Shown in pieces: positions 30,901 to 40,763 of a stretch of 64,000 nt of DNA. Location: IMG/VR virus record IMGVR_UViG_3300045988_163768; one strand, written 5' to 3'. The notes under the pieces were generated by a model that was given only the letters and a program-made list of their open reading frames with translations, was not told the origin of the DNA and ran no database searches. The DNA comes from a virus. The position numbers and the translations under genes were made by a program. How positions within the stretch are numbered: position 1 is the first letter of the stretch; each line of letters starts with the position of its first letter.

Positions 30901-33900
30901 TAGTTCTTTACCAGCAAGCTTTTCTTGTTTTTTCTGTAAAGCATCTAAGTCTTTTGTGATATCTTTTATTTGAAGATCTATGTCGTGATATACTTCAGCC
31001 TCATCTTGCAATAAATCCATCGTATCTGCTTGTGCATCTGATGAAGAGCCTTTTCCTCCACTACCACCTTTTCCACCTTTACCACTTTTATCTTTTTCAA
31101 AAGGTGTTGAACCACCTAAACCAGATTTTGCACTATCGAGGGCTTTTTTGGTTGAACCAGCATTTTCATACAAAGTTGCTTGTAATGCTCTCATTCTAGA
31201 AATGCTTTGTTCATAAGTGGAAATATCTAGCTCAAGATCACTTATCCACTCATCTATTTCTGGTAAAGAAGCAGAAGATTCAACCGGATCGACTCCTTTA
31301 AAATCTCCCTTATTTGTGGTAGCTGTAAAGTTCGAACCTCCTGTTCCTCCACCTCCAACATTCACTTTCGAAACATCAGTTTTGATTCCTTTAGGCATAT
31401 TTTTAATTTGGTTAGCCACTTTACTTGCCTGTTCGCCTACCGCAGAAACCGAAGTAACCATATTAGAAGAATTTTCCTTAGCTGACGTTGCTGCATCAGA
31501 TAAAGATTGTGCTAAGTTATGAGCTGCATCATCTGAAACATTCGCAGTAATACGATTATATTCATCCATATTACCTGACATCGCGGCAGCTACTGCTTTA
31601 TTAGCATCAGTTTCTTCTAAACCTAACTTCATTAAATAATTAGTTAGTTGTTGACGCCCATTAGAAATTTCCTCTATTTGTTCTTTAGTTAATTTTACTC
31701 CACCTTCAGCAACAGACTTAGCCATCGCTAATTCGGCTTCAGCAGATTCTTTTTTTGCAGTCAATAGTTGAATCTCATTTTCTATTCTAGCGTTAGTAGA
31801 TTCTACATCGCCATCAAGGATACTTTCTTGATTACCTAATGCATCTTTAACAACATCTTCTTGAAGTTGAATTTGTCCATCTGCCATTACCTGGGCACCA
31901 TCTAGTATCTCAGGGAAAACTTCTGCTAATTTTTTAGCATCTTCAGATGCAACGATATATCCCTCTCCAATCATCATCGCAGCTTCTCTAATTTTATCAG
32001 ATTCACTTAGAACAGAATCACCAATGCTTAAGATTTCTTCAACCCCAGCTAAATCAATTTTTAATTCCCAATCAGTATCCTCTATTTCTTTCTTTGTATC
32101 TGAAACAGCGTTTTGATATTCATTATATTTTTCTGTAACTGCTTCTAATTCAACTTGAGCATTACTAAGCTCATCTAGTTGTTCTTTGCTAAGAGAACCT
32201 TCTTTCTCTCTTATATCCTCTAGCTGATTGATATGCATAGTTAATTCAGTTTTTCTCTGTGCATATCCTTCTAATATTTTTTTATTAGAATCTAATTCCG
32301 CTTCTAATTTTTGTTTTTCTAACTCGATAACTTCAGTATAATAATTAGAATCTGCTTCTCTTAAATCTTCTAGGTATTCTATTTGTCCAAGAACACCTCT
32401 AGTAGCAGCTTCTTCAAACTCTTGAGCCGCACTTACATTTTTATTATAGATGCCTGCGGTTTCCTCTAACATCTGATTAAAAGTCTCTAAAGTAGCCTTT
32501 CCTTCTTTGGTTTTACTTAATTTATCTAAGCTACCTTCACTAGCCAACTGAGAAGAAATATCTCCAATTACAGATTTTTTATCTAATTCTTCTTGATACT
32601 CTTCTTGTTTTTTCGTTAGTTCTTCAATTTCTTTTTTCTCTGTGTTAGCTGCAATAGATGCTCCATCTTTAATATCATCATATTTAGCATCAATCTCATC
32701 AAGACTCTTTAATAAAGTTTCTAAAGAAAGTCCTGTTTGAGTAGAGTATTCTTTTAAAGATTCAAAAGCATTACTACCTATAACATTTCGTAGCTTTTTG
32801 CCATCATCCGCTAATAATACATCAATTCCGCCTTCTTTTTCTATCTCCGCTTTCATTTTATCAAAAGCTTCTTTATTTTCACTTAAAGCTTCACCGAAAG
32901 CTTGCTTAGTAGCGAAACCTAATGTATCTGTCTTTCTATAATACTGTTCGACAATATTATAGTAATAGTCAACATATTCTGAACCAGCTTCTTCTAACAA
33001 AGGAATCTGTTTTAAAGCGTTATTATACGCGTCTGTTAAACTTTTAGAAACTTCACCAGAAGAATTTTCCCATTTCTTATTTACTGCTGATAGAGTATGC
33101 TCTAAGTTATTTACATAAGCACTTAAAGCTTCTCTCTGATCATAATTGATTCCAGTATTCTTTTTCGCTAGTAATTCTCTAATTTCAGAAATAGAGTATT
33201 CTACTTCAGCTTTATATTCCTTATAAGCTTTCTCATCGCCTAGTTGAAACTTAGCAACAGAGTCATCAAGAAGTATATCTTGAACTTTCCTTCCATTTCC
33301 AATATCTACTCCAGATACCTCTGCTAATTGGCTTCTATCTACTGACGCGTCTACCGATGCTGCGTCAAGTTCTTTACCATATGCGTCTTTTTTTGCGGCT
33401 TGTTCTGCGGCTTCTACTGTTTTCTTTTCCTCAGCTTTTGCAACTTTCTTTCTTAGCTCAAGCTGTGTTGCTAATGCCGCGTTTTGAGCTTCTAAGGTTC
33501 TTAATTCTTCCTTTTGTGCAAGAGTAAGTTCATCTGGAGAAATTTGATACAGTTCTTTTAATCTTTCTTGCGTCGTTTCTAATTTAGAATTTAATTCGTC
33601 TACTTCCTGTTGAGCCTTCTCATATTCTTCAAATTGACTCTCTAAAGCTTCTTTTGCTTCTTTTGCACTTACAGTCATTTTGTCTATAGCGAATACTACT
33701 ATCCCAATCGCTGCTGCCGCCGCCGCAGCCCAACCAATCCAAGAGGCTGAAAATAATGCTAAAAATGCTTCCCCCGCAGTTAAAGAAGAGCCAGCTAGAG
33801 CTGGAATTGCAGTTTGAGCCAAAGTTATAAGACCTGCTTGAAGTCCTTGAATCCCATTTATAAGAAGCGGTAAAGTAGAAAGCAAAATAGTAAAGGATTG

Positions 33901-36456
33901 TCCTAATTTCTCTGTTGTAGATAAAGATTCATCTGAAAAAACATCCCATACTCCTTTTAAACCAGCTATAGAAGAACCTATTTCTCCAATAGAACCCGCG
34001 ATGTCTAAAGCTGATTGAATAACCGCAGTATTTCTTACATCATCTATAAAGCTTTTCCATGCAGAGCGAGACTCATCTAACTTTTCTTTTACTTTTTCCC
34101 CTGTCCCTGCAGCGACATCTTGTGCAGTTTTCATAACCTTCTGTGCATCACTTGCCGCTTGACTAGCATAATCTTTACTTGCTTCTGTTACCTCTTTGAA
34201 AGCTTTGCTTAATTCTGGGTAAGTCGCAATTAATTCTCCTACCGATTTTTCAGCATTTCCTGTGAGTTCACTATACTCTTTTAATTTCTTATTAAAATTT
34301 TCATAAGCACTTGCGACTTCTGGACTTGAAGAAACTATTTTTTTTACTTCATCATTATAATTTTTTACAGCGGTAGTTAAAGCTTCATAAGATTTAATTG
34401 CCTCTTCTTGCTTTGAATTATCTTTAGAAGCTTGTCTTTGATTAAAAGTAGCTAAAGTCAAAGCCCCAGCATAATTAGAGGCTTCTTTATTCAAACTTTT
34501 ATATTGTTTCTGAGTCTCATCTACTTGCTTCTTAATTTTGTCATATGTATCTGTATTTTTTGCTCCTTCGCCCTTCCCTCTAAGGCTATCTAAGTCTAAT
34601 TCTTCATTAGTTAAAGCCTTATAAAGATTTTTTGCAGCTTCCTCATTCTCTTCTAACTGTTTCTTTTGATTTTGCAAAGCATTTATTTGTTCAATAAAAC
34701 CGTTAGCAATGTTCTGTTGTTCAGTAGTAGCAACAGATCCTAAATCCACAATCTCTTGCTTCATATTTACTAATTCTTTAGTATCTTCGTCTAATGCAGA
34801 TAATCCTTTATACTGTTGTAGAATCTCTAACTGAGCATTAAGTTGTTCAGCATTAGATTTTACATTTTTAAAATTAGCTATAGTTGTAGAAATACCACCA
34901 GCGATTTGTTTACTAAATACTCTTACACCTAAAGATCCTAACTCAGCAAGAACAGTCTTACCACCGCCGATATTATCAACCAATGTTGCAATTTTATCTA
35001 CAACAAAAGTAATTCCATCAACAACTTCATTAATAGCTTCTGGCTTTAATAAAGAGTCATATAAATCCTCGAAAGTAGTTCTCATTCTTTGGATATGAGC
35101 TTCTGTTCTTTCAGAATAAATATCTTGTTGCTCTTCAAGAGTTCCCAATGCATTTTTAGAAGTGTCTAAAGCATCAGTGTACATATCCCAGTTATCAAAT
35201 AAAGCAATTAAGTTATTATACTGTCTCTTACCCGCGATTGCAACTGCTGCCGCTTGTCTTTGTTCGTCTGTCCAAGTACTCCACTTACCTGCTACTTCTT
35301 CAATAACATTTCCCATCTCTTTTAGATGACCATTCTCATCTAAGATGTCAATGCCCATTGTTTTCATCTTTCCAGAAACTTCACCAAGAGAAACTCCAAA
35401 TTCATCAACACCATCAACAGCTAGATCACCCATACGAGCATAAATTGTTTTTAAAGCTGTACCTACTGATTCTGGTGCTTGGCGGGTAACAGAAATAATA
35501 GTCGCAATCTGAGCATTTAACTGATCAAAGTCAACACCCATAGAACTTGCTGCGGAAGCCACTTTAGAAATAGCCATAGAAGATTCAGCCAAGTCTGACG
35601 CAGTTGTAGCTGCTACAGCCGCTAACTTATCTACATATTTTTCATAAACGTCCATTCCTTCAGCCGCAGCTTCATTAGCTACTTTATAACCATTCCAAAC
35701 CGCAGTTAAATATTCCGCAGCCTGTTCTGAGCTAATCTGAGATACATTCGCGGTTTTCTGAGTAATCTCAGCTTTAGCAAGAGCATTTTCATCTGTATCA
35801 CCCTGTTGATAGTAAATTAAAGCTCCTTCAGTTATATCTCTCGTACTTGCAGATAGTTCCTGGGCGGTTTGACTTGCAGATTCCGCGAAATCACGCATCT
35901 CTTCCGCAGATTTGCCAGTTACGACTCTAATATTATTTAATGAAGTATCTAATTTCTCAACATAATTAACTGCTTGTTGTACATTATTAGTTAATGCGTT
36001 CATAGCTCCAGACGCAATATTCCATTTAATAGTATTAGACAAAGTTGTAGCCATATTTTCTAAGAAGCTATGAGTTTGTTTTAACTGCATATTAGTAGTT
36101 AAAACCTGAGTTGTCATATTTTTAAATGCAGTTTGTCCTGCCGAACCCGCACTATTAAAATCATTATAAATTTTGTTTATATCTAAATTTTTTAATTCGT
36201 TATTAAATTTAGAAACATTTAATGTTCCTAAATTTGCGTTAAAAGCTTTATCTAACGCTTTTTGAACTTGACTAGCAGATTCTTTTATCTGGGTTAATCT
36301 GCTATTGGCTTCGCTTAAATCCATACCTTTATTTAAACTCATCAAATCACTAGAAGTCATCTTTTGAATTTCTTCTAATGACTTCTTAATGGTTGATAAA
36401 CCGCTTTGGTCTGTATTAAAGCCAACTGTAAAATCAATACGATTTGTAGCCGCCAT
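27928..36456 (-). CDS. tail tape measure protein
   Basis: 2842 aa with long coiled coils, a hydrophobic central segment (WIGWAAAAAAAIGIVVFAI) and Gly-rich segments. Positioned between the chaperone-like gene and the tail-tip gene. Confidence 0.8.
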   Translation of the reverse strand: MAATNRIDFTVGFNTDQSGLSTIKKSLEEIQKMTSSDLMSLNKGMDLSEANSRLTQIKESASQVQKALDKAFNANLGTLNVSKFNNELKNLDINKIYNDFNSAGSAGQTAFKNMTTQVLTTNMQLKQTHSFLENMATTLSNTIKWNIASGAMNALTNNVQQAVNYVEKLDTSLNNIRVVTGKSAEEMRDFAESASQTAQELSASTRDITEGALIYYQQGDTDENALAKAEITQKTANVSQISSEQAAEYLTAVWNGYKVANEAAAEGMDVYEKYVDKLAAVAATTASDLAESSMAISKVASAASSMGVDFDQLNAQIATIISVTRQAPESVGTALKTIYARMGDLAVDGVDEFGVSLGEVSGKMKTMGIDILDENGHLKEMGNVIEEVAGKWSTWTDEQRQAAAVAIAGKRQYNNLIALFDNWDMYTDALDTSKNALGTLEEQQDIYSERTEAHIQRMRTTFEDLYDSLLKPEAINEVVDGITFVVDKIATLVDNIGGGKTVLAELGSLGVRVFSKQIAGGISTTIANFKNVKSNAEQLNAQLEILQQYKGLSALDEDTKELVNMKQEIVDLGSVATTEQQNIANGFIEQINALQNQKKQLEENEEAAKNLYKALTNEELDLDSLRGKGEGAKNTDTYDKIKKQVDETQKQYKSLNKEASNYAGALTLATFNQRQASKDNSKQEEAIKSYEALTTAVKNYNDEVKKIVSSSPEVASAYENFNKKLKEYSELTGNAEKSVGELIATYPELSKAFKEVTEASKDYASQAASDAQKVMKTAQDVAAGTGEKVKEKLDESRSAWKSFIDDVRNTAVIQSALDIAGSIGEIGSSIAGLKGVWDVFSDESLSTTEKLGQSFTILLSTLPLLINGIQGLQAGLITLAQTAIPALAGSSLTAGEAFLALFSASWIGWAAAAAAAIGIVVFAIDKMTVSAKEAKEALESQFEEYEKAQQEVDELNSKLETTQERLKELYQISPDELTLAQKEELRTLEAQNAALATQLELRKKVAKAEEKKTVEAAEQAAKKDAYGKELDAASVDASVDRSQLAEVSGVDIGNGRKVQDILLDDSVAKFQLGDEKAYKEYKAEVEYSISEIRELLAKKNTGINYDQREALSAYVNNLEHTLSAVNKKWENSSGEVSKSLTDAYNNALKQIPLLEEAGSEYVDYYYNIVEQYYRKTDTLGFATKQAFGEALSENKEAFDKMKAEIEKEGGIDVLLADDGKKLRNVIGSNAFESLKEYSTQTGLSLETLLKSLDEIDAKYDDIKDGASIAANTEKKEIEELTKKQEEYQEELDKKSVIGDISSQLASEGSLDKLSKTKEGKATLETFNQMLEETAGIYNKNVSAAQEFEEAATRGVLGQIEYLEDLREADSNYYTEVIELEKQKLEAELDSNKKILEGYAQRKTELTMHINQLEDIREKEGSLSKEQLDELSNAQVELEAVTEKYNEYQNAVSDTKKEIEDTDWELKIDLAGVEEILSIGDSVLSESDKIREAAMMIGEGYIVASEDAKKLAEVFPEILDGAQVMADGQIQLQEDVVKDALGNQESILDGDVESTNARIENEIQLLTAKKESAEAELAMAKSVAEGGVKLTKEQIEEISNGRQQLTNYLMKLGLEETDANKAVAAAMSGNMDEYNRITANVSDDAAHNLAQSLSDAATSAKENSSNMVTSVSAVGEQASKVANQIKNMPKGIKTDVSKVNVGGGGTGGSNFTATTNKGDFKGVDPVESSASLPEIDEWISDLELDISTYEQSISRMRALQATLYENAGSTKKALDSAKSGLGGSTPFEKDKSGKGGKGGSGGKGSSSDAQADTMDLLQDEAEVYHDIDLQIKDITKDLDALQKKQEKLAGKELTKNLQEQLDLLEKQKEAYATKIEVAKIRSSTYKSALKAEGVTFNADGDITNYFKIMQTKMDNVNKMITKYNGMSKEEQKKYKQTVEAAKKDYEKFKKILSKYEELNADEKEIEKQQQEIEDKATEVRIKKFTLKVDLALDTAQAERDFNAFKKKVIDGIKDDDFAGQANALLSNFSSYVKPDGTGEIQALTDQLNKTKSEIEIMEAGGKSTIYGDNLAKAYEDLEKYEKNAETALENYAQISKDIEETYLSAIDKAQEKLDEQSEQYEFISDLIDHDKDVIGLIYGDKAYSQLAKYYEMQRKNNNDNLDFARKQVEFWKQRMDNEEKDSKAWKEYKANYEKAVTDLNSKVKSSIEEVIEEYKNTINKIFEDINKRLTNGSGLDHVKDQWDLINKNADMYLDSINSSFEIQKLQNKYLDSIDNTSSLSAQKKLNNLMNEQIEMLKAKEKLTQYDVDRANALYEIALKEIALQDAQKNKSKMRLRRDSQGNYSYQYVSDEDSIAQAQQELLEAQNSLYNLDKDKYKSNLDEIYSTYSEFQQKLLELYSDTTLADEEREEKKKLLAEQYGEIINNLVEQNEQVKQNLQDTTFQELAKKYNTDVANFQAMSDEEKRILMESMIPQWNSGVQQMTDKFAGEGGFIPTCENAFKQLDEALLTYRNNLSETSERSGVDFNKIAEGYDMNIQKAKELLEENDKLLEKYKAQLEAVQDVLQEVKQLEEAYRGVAAAAISAVTEANKLKQQKDKEAREAADKEAAENGKSGDNKKNNKSNKGEGKNTIVDVKADPSDTPASAVDMDEGSKKFKIGDKVKLLKGKRYYYTSEGAEPSGNRGAGQNKPGTITQIEKGAKKPIHVQSNDGPFGWLTKDDIKKFDTGGYTGAWNGNEGKVGILHQKELVLNKEDTKNFLSAMNVVRSLDSVLDTINASMMDRLIGLLAQTTTSLSGFSASQDLTIDQKVQIEASFPNVQNSGEIEKAFKNLVNYASQHAYDTKR

Positions 36457-36540
36457 ATCCTTTTACCTCCTAAAATTACGCATAAAAAAAATACCTTTAC
36501 TACCATAATATGATAATAAAGGCATTTTTATTAATTTATC

Positions 36541-37074
36541 TTACCCAATTGGACGATTTCCATTAGCCGCTTTCGCAAATTCAATTACCTCTTGATATTT
36601 TTCTTTATCAAAAGAATCAACTATATCTTTAGCAACTTTTGCGTTTTTAGGTAAATCATTTATAATACTTTGAATAACGGCTCCCGCGGTATTGGTATAA
36701 TTTAAAGTATTAAGCATTATTTCATCCATAAAAGTGAATAAAGCATTATATTCTTCTTCAGGAATAACTTCAATCATTTTATCAATAAAACCATTGCTCT
36801 CTAAAGTATCATAAATTTTCATTTCATTCTCTTTTTGTTTTTCTGTAAAACTTAAATTAGTATACATATAAACTAAATGCAAATGAAAATACATATCTAA
36901 TTTTAAAGCATTATAAATACCATTTTCTTCTGCTTTTTGTAAAGTAATCATAACTAAATCATATTTATCTTCAATAGGTAAATATTGTTTAACTTCTATT
37001 TCTGTATTATTAAAATTAAAAGTTTTAATTTCATCTTTAGTTTTTAATTTTAAATTTGCATAACTTACTTTCAT
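36541..37074 (-). CDS. putative tail assembly chaperone
   Basis: 177-aa acidic ORF immediately upstream of the tape-measure gene. The call rests on position only; no slippery site was found. Confidence 0.35.
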   Translation of the reverse strand: MKVSYANLKLKTKDEIKTFNFNNTEIEVKQYLPIEDKYDLVMITLQKAEENGIYNALKLDMYFHLHLVYMYTNLSFTEKQKENEMKIYDTLESNGFIDKMIEVIPEEEYNALFTFMDEIMLNTLNYTNTAGAVIQSIINDLPKNAKVAKDIVDSFDKEKYQEVIEFAKAANGNRPIG

Positions 37075-37136
37075 TTTATTTATTTCTCCTTTTGTCTCAT
37101 CTTATAAGAATATTATACTATAAAATTTTTCTTTTG

Positions 37137-38318
37137 TCAAGTTAATTTTTTTGCTCTGTTTAAAGCTCTTTTTCCACCCATCTGGTATGCATCTATTATT
37201 GCTTCTTTTATACTCTTATCAACTTGATCTTCTAATGATTCTAAAAGTTTATTTCTTGTCTGTTTGTTCTCTTTAAATTCTTTTTTCTTCTTTAATAATT
37301 CTTCTTCACTATAATTTTCATCTTCTACAATACTTTTTGCTAAATCTGCTAATTGTTGCAGCCTTAATGCTGAAGCACCAGCAGATTTAATTCCATATTC
37401 AATTTCTCCTATCTCTAAATCTCCTTCTAACGCCCCAGATAAACTATCTATTTTTAAAACTTCGTCAATAAAGTCCTTTACAAAAAGTTCTAATTGTAAC
37501 AGAATATCGCTTTCAGTTATTTCAAAGCTAGGCTCTTGTCTATTTGCCAAAACAATAGAAGCGTAAGTTTCATTAATATCACCTTCTGAAGATATAAAAG
37601 CCTGATGCCAAGTTTTTAATGGATTTTGCCATAATATAATATAATGACCACCTGTTACTTTTTTACTTTTTCTAAACCTAAACATAACTTCATCATATGT
37701 TTGATTTAAGTTATTAAGATTGAAATTAAAATCATTCCCTATTTCTAACTGCTGAATAGCTTTACTTTCTAACATATTTTCTATTTGTTTTTGAGTTGCC
37801 TTATATCTAGCTGTAAATCCAGACTTTGAAGCATCTCCAAATTTTAATATATCTTCATTCAGTATTTCATATAAAACAGGTGCTTGATTTTTATATCTAT
37901 ATACATAAACCATTGTTACTTTTTGACCTAAAAATTCATTTAAAGCTTTTTGAAACTTAAAACTACTTTCATAAAGTTGTTTAGGAATATCTCCAGCTAA
38001 AAGTCTATTCTTTTCTGCTCTTGCATGCACATATTCATCCATTAATTCATATTCTAACACTGCTTTTTTTCTACCTGGAACTTTTACTTTATTAGAATAT
38101 TGATGTCTAAATTCTTTTAGTTTTTTAATCCTATCTTCTATATCTTTAACTCCATCTTTTAATTCGTCTAATTTACTTAAATAGATTTGAGCTTCCTCTC
38201 TCATTTTTTTTAAATTGCCTTTAACAACTTCTTTAACAGGTTCATCCATAGCATCTAGAACAGTATCTTCCATTTTATCAATATCTTTCTCATTAACATC
38301 CATTTTAGTTTTTGCCAT
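37137..38318 (-). CDS. hypothetical coiled-coil protein
   Basis: 393-aa Lys/Glu-rich ORF between the major tail gene and the chaperone-like gene. Confidence 0.35.
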   Translation of the reverse strand: MAKTKMDVNEKDIDKMEDTVLDAMDEPVKEVVKGNLKKMREEAQIYLSKLDELKDGVKDIEDRIKKLKEFRHQYSNKVKVPGRKKAVLEYELMDEYVHARAEKNRLLAGDIPKQLYESSFKFQKALNEFLGQKVTMVYVYRYKNQAPVLYEILNEDILKFGDASKSGFTARYKATQKQIENMLESKAIQQLEIGNDFNFNLNNLNQTYDEVMFRFRKSKKVTGGHYIILWQNPLKTWHQAFISSEGDINETYASIVLANRQEPSFEITESDILLQLELFVKDFIDEVLKIDSLSGALEGDLEIGEIEYGIKSAGASALRLQQLADLAKSIVEDENYSEEELLKKKKEFKENKQTRNKLLESLEDQVDKSIKEAIIDAYQMGGKRALNRAKKLT

Positions 38319-38337
38319 ATTATACTTCCTCCATAAA

Positions 38338-38370
38338 TAAAAAAAAATAGGAGAGTTATTAAACTCTCCT
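38338..38370 (-). terminator. attenuator hairpin after the major tail protein gene
   Basis: AGGAGAGTT-ATT-AACTCTCCT stem-loop followed by U10 on the minus strand. Confidence 0.45.
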
Positions 38371-38379
38371 ATTTAATTA

Positions 38380-39324
38380 TCAACCTTTTTGATGGTTTGT
38401 ATGACCAGTATCTTCAGCATCATCTACTGCGTCCGTACCAATAATTTGAATTGCACAAAGAACTTTCTTTGTTCTATCAAACATTGTATATCCTGGGAAA
38501 GCATCCATCGTAAAAGTAAATGTAGATGGATCTCCAGTAGCCGCCATAGTGAATGTAAAGTTAGACTGAATTTTTACATTCGGAATAACTAATTCAGCAG
38601 GCATATCTACTCCAGTATCCTGACGTCTAAATAATGTACTAGCCTCTACATAGTAGTAACCAGCAAAGTTTTCAGCATCAATAGTGATGGTCTGAGCACC
38701 TGCAGATTTAATAATGTAATAATCAATTCTTACTACCTGACCTTCAACCGCACCTGTAAATTTAATCTGACAAGTTTTACCGTTTGATACTTCAATAGCA
38801 TTTTCTATAGTAGTAGATTTTACATTTACCGTTGCGGTTGCTGCTTCAAATGTACCTGCTCCTAAGAATTTAATACCTGAGCCAGAACCATCTAAAACAG
38901 TACCAAATACAGGAACATCTGTTGTATTACAGATTGTTGTTGTTTCATCATCAAAAGCTTCATAAGTGATTTCACAAACACCTTCTGCTCCCGCGATTAC
39001 ATCAGTTGTCATATGAACATGGACTAAATTCTTACTATCAGCTTTAATTAAGCCTGCTCCAGAAAGTACAGCAAAACCAATAGGTGATAATAGGGCATCT
39101 TCAACTGTAAAAGTTAAAGTCTTTTCACCTTCCCACGCGATCAGTCTAGTGTTTCCTTTTCCACCCTGTGCATAGACTGTGGTTGCAGCACCTTCTAAGG
39201 TAGAAGTTTTTGCTGTATCTATATAAAGTACAGGCTGACCTTTGACGAATTTAGTATTACCAATAGTGACATTTGCTTTCGCTTTAAACACTACATCACA
39301 AATCTCTCTAACGCCAAACTTCAT
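38380..39324 (-). CDS. major tail protein (tube)
   Basis: 314-aa beta-rich ORF followed by a strong attenuator. Positioned between the head-tail connector genes and the chaperone/tape-measure genes. Confidence 0.5.
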   Translation of the reverse strand: MKFGVREICDVVFKAKANVTIGNTKFVKGQPVLYIDTAKTSTLEGAATTVYAQGGKGNTRLIAWEGEKTLTFTVEDALLSPIGFAVLSGAGLIKADSKNLVHVHMTTDVIAGAEGVCEITYEAFDDETTTICNTTDVPVFGTVLDGSGSGIKFLGAGTFEAATATVNVKSTTIENAIEVSNGKTCQIKFTGAVEGQVVRIDYYIIKSAGAQTITIDAENFAGYYYVEASTLFRRQDTGVDMPAELVIPNVKIQSNFTFTMAATGDPSTFTFTMDAFPGYTMFDRTKKVLCAIQIIGTDAVDDAEDTGHTNHQKG

Positions 39325-39408
39325 AACGCATTATCCTCCTTATATAAAATTCTTAATTTATCTTTTAAAAATAACTTTTTTAAGTTATCTTTATACATAA
39401 AAGTAATA

Positions 39409-40152
39409 TTATGGATGGATATTTTTCATCCAATTTTCTACTTCATCCAAATCTTTAGCTCCAGCTAATTTAGCCTTAAGGTATGTATCATGGCTTTGCT
39501 TTAGTTCAAACCGCTGGAACTCGTCAAATAATTGATAAACAGTATATTGCATTAAAGAATTTATATCTTTATTTTCTCCAACAGCTAAGATAGAAATATA
39601 TCTTTCTAAAATAGAAATTTTTTGAGAATCACCTTTTAAAGATGCAACTTTAGCTCGACCTTTTTTCAGCTTTTCCGCGATTTTTCTAGCTGCGTCATTA
39701 CCAGGATTATATGAAGATACATCATCTTTGTTTTTATCTAAACAAAAGACAGAGATTAGAATACTTTTAAATGCTTCATAATTTTTATTATTGATAAAAT
39801 ATTCTTTTCCATCTTTTTTTAGAACAATTTGTTCCATAAACATATCTAATGATAAACTATATTCTGGGAATAATAACATTAGCACTAATAGAGCACAGTT
39901 TTTATTCTGTCGGGCAATAACATTTTTGCTTTTCATTATTGACATTAATATTTCAAAATTAGTTTTATTTCTTAAATTAACTTTGTCCTCTTTACTTAAA
40001 TTATCTTTTGAAAAATTTAGAAATTCGCATCCCATAAAAAAAGTTTCTTCTCCAATATAAGCAATTTCTTTAATAATAGGTTGATGTACAGTGAGTTGAG
40101 CTTCTGTAAAAGCAATATCATTACCAGACAATAAAAGTAAATCATTATTCAT
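39409..40152 (-). CDS. hypothetical head-tail joining protein
   Basis: 247-aa ORF; position only. Confidence 0.3.
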   Translation of the reverse strand: MNNDLLLLSGNDIAFTEAQLTVHQPIIKEIAYIGEETFFMGCEFLNFSKDNLSKEDKVNLRNKTNFEILMSIMKSKNVIARQNKNCALLVLMLLFPEYSLSLDMFMEQIVLKKDGKEYFINNKNYEAFKSILISVFCLDKNKDDVSSYNPGNDAARKIAEKLKKGRAKVASLKGDSQKISILERYISILAVGENKDINSLMQYTVYQLFDEFQRFELKQSHDTYLKAKLAGAKDLDEVENWMKNIHP

Positions 40153-40736
40153 TATTCTTCCTCAGAAGGAATCTTATCATCACTGCCATGAATTGCTTTA
40201 TAAGTTAAACTATATCCGCTTAAGTCTTCATCTAAAAGCAATTCATTACATCTTACCAACTGCAATTCTCCAATTCCTGTTAATTTTGTATTATTCAAAA
40301 GCCCATCTATATAACCGCAAATTTTAAGCGGTCTCACTCTATAGTTTCCTATATCCCAATAATCAGTATGACATAATACGTCAAAATTAATCGTACAATC
40401 TCTAAATTCTGGATTTGTTCTATTGGGTGTAAAATTATCATAAGAAACAATTATATAAGATTTAATTTCTTCATGTTCAGGAAGTCTAAGCTTAGGTTTT
40501 AATTTAACATAACCCTGCTCAATCATTTTTCCAAGAGTCATTTCAGTTAATCTTTTTTTATACTGTTCATCTTCTTTATTATCTAAACAATCTTTAGTGT
40601 TTATTACCAAAAGTCTTTTTAGATCATCACTATAAGGTTTACTTTCAACAAAAAGCTTTTTTAATATTCTTTCAGTATCTTTTTCACAAGAGAGAAAAGA
40701 TGATTGAATATTCGTTACGGCTAAATTTCTTTTCAT
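40152..40736 (-). CDS. hypothetical head-tail joining protein
   Basis: 194-aa ORF that overlaps the next gene by 1 nt. Confidence 0.3.
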   Translation of the reverse strand: MKRNLAVTNIQSSFLSCEKDTERILKKLFVESKPYSDDLKRLLVINTKDCLDNKEDEQYKKRLTEMTLGKMIEQGYVKLKPKLRLPEHEEIKSYIIVSYDNFTPNRTNPEFRDCTINFDVLCHTDYWDIGNYRVRPLKICGYIDGLLNNTKLTGIGELQLVRCNELLLDEDLSGYSLTYKAIHGSDDKIPSEEE

Positions 40737-40763
40737 ATTACTCCTTTTATCTCCATTTATATT

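Noticed and set aside
28228-31522. Plus-strand ORFs inside the tape-measure gene (28228, 28517, 30652, 31217) and other nested antisense ORFs (9746, 15912, 18858, 23042, 23423, 27323, 38389, 39791, 42587, 45570, 47041, 49507, 52569)
   Set aside because: They are nested antisense to long, compositionally coherent structural genes and have no Shine-Dalgarno.
36456-37137. Programmed -1 frameshift (G/GT-like) between the chaperone-like gene and the tape-measure gene
   Set aside because: No slippery heptamer or overlapping extended frame was found. An 85-nt gap separates the genes.
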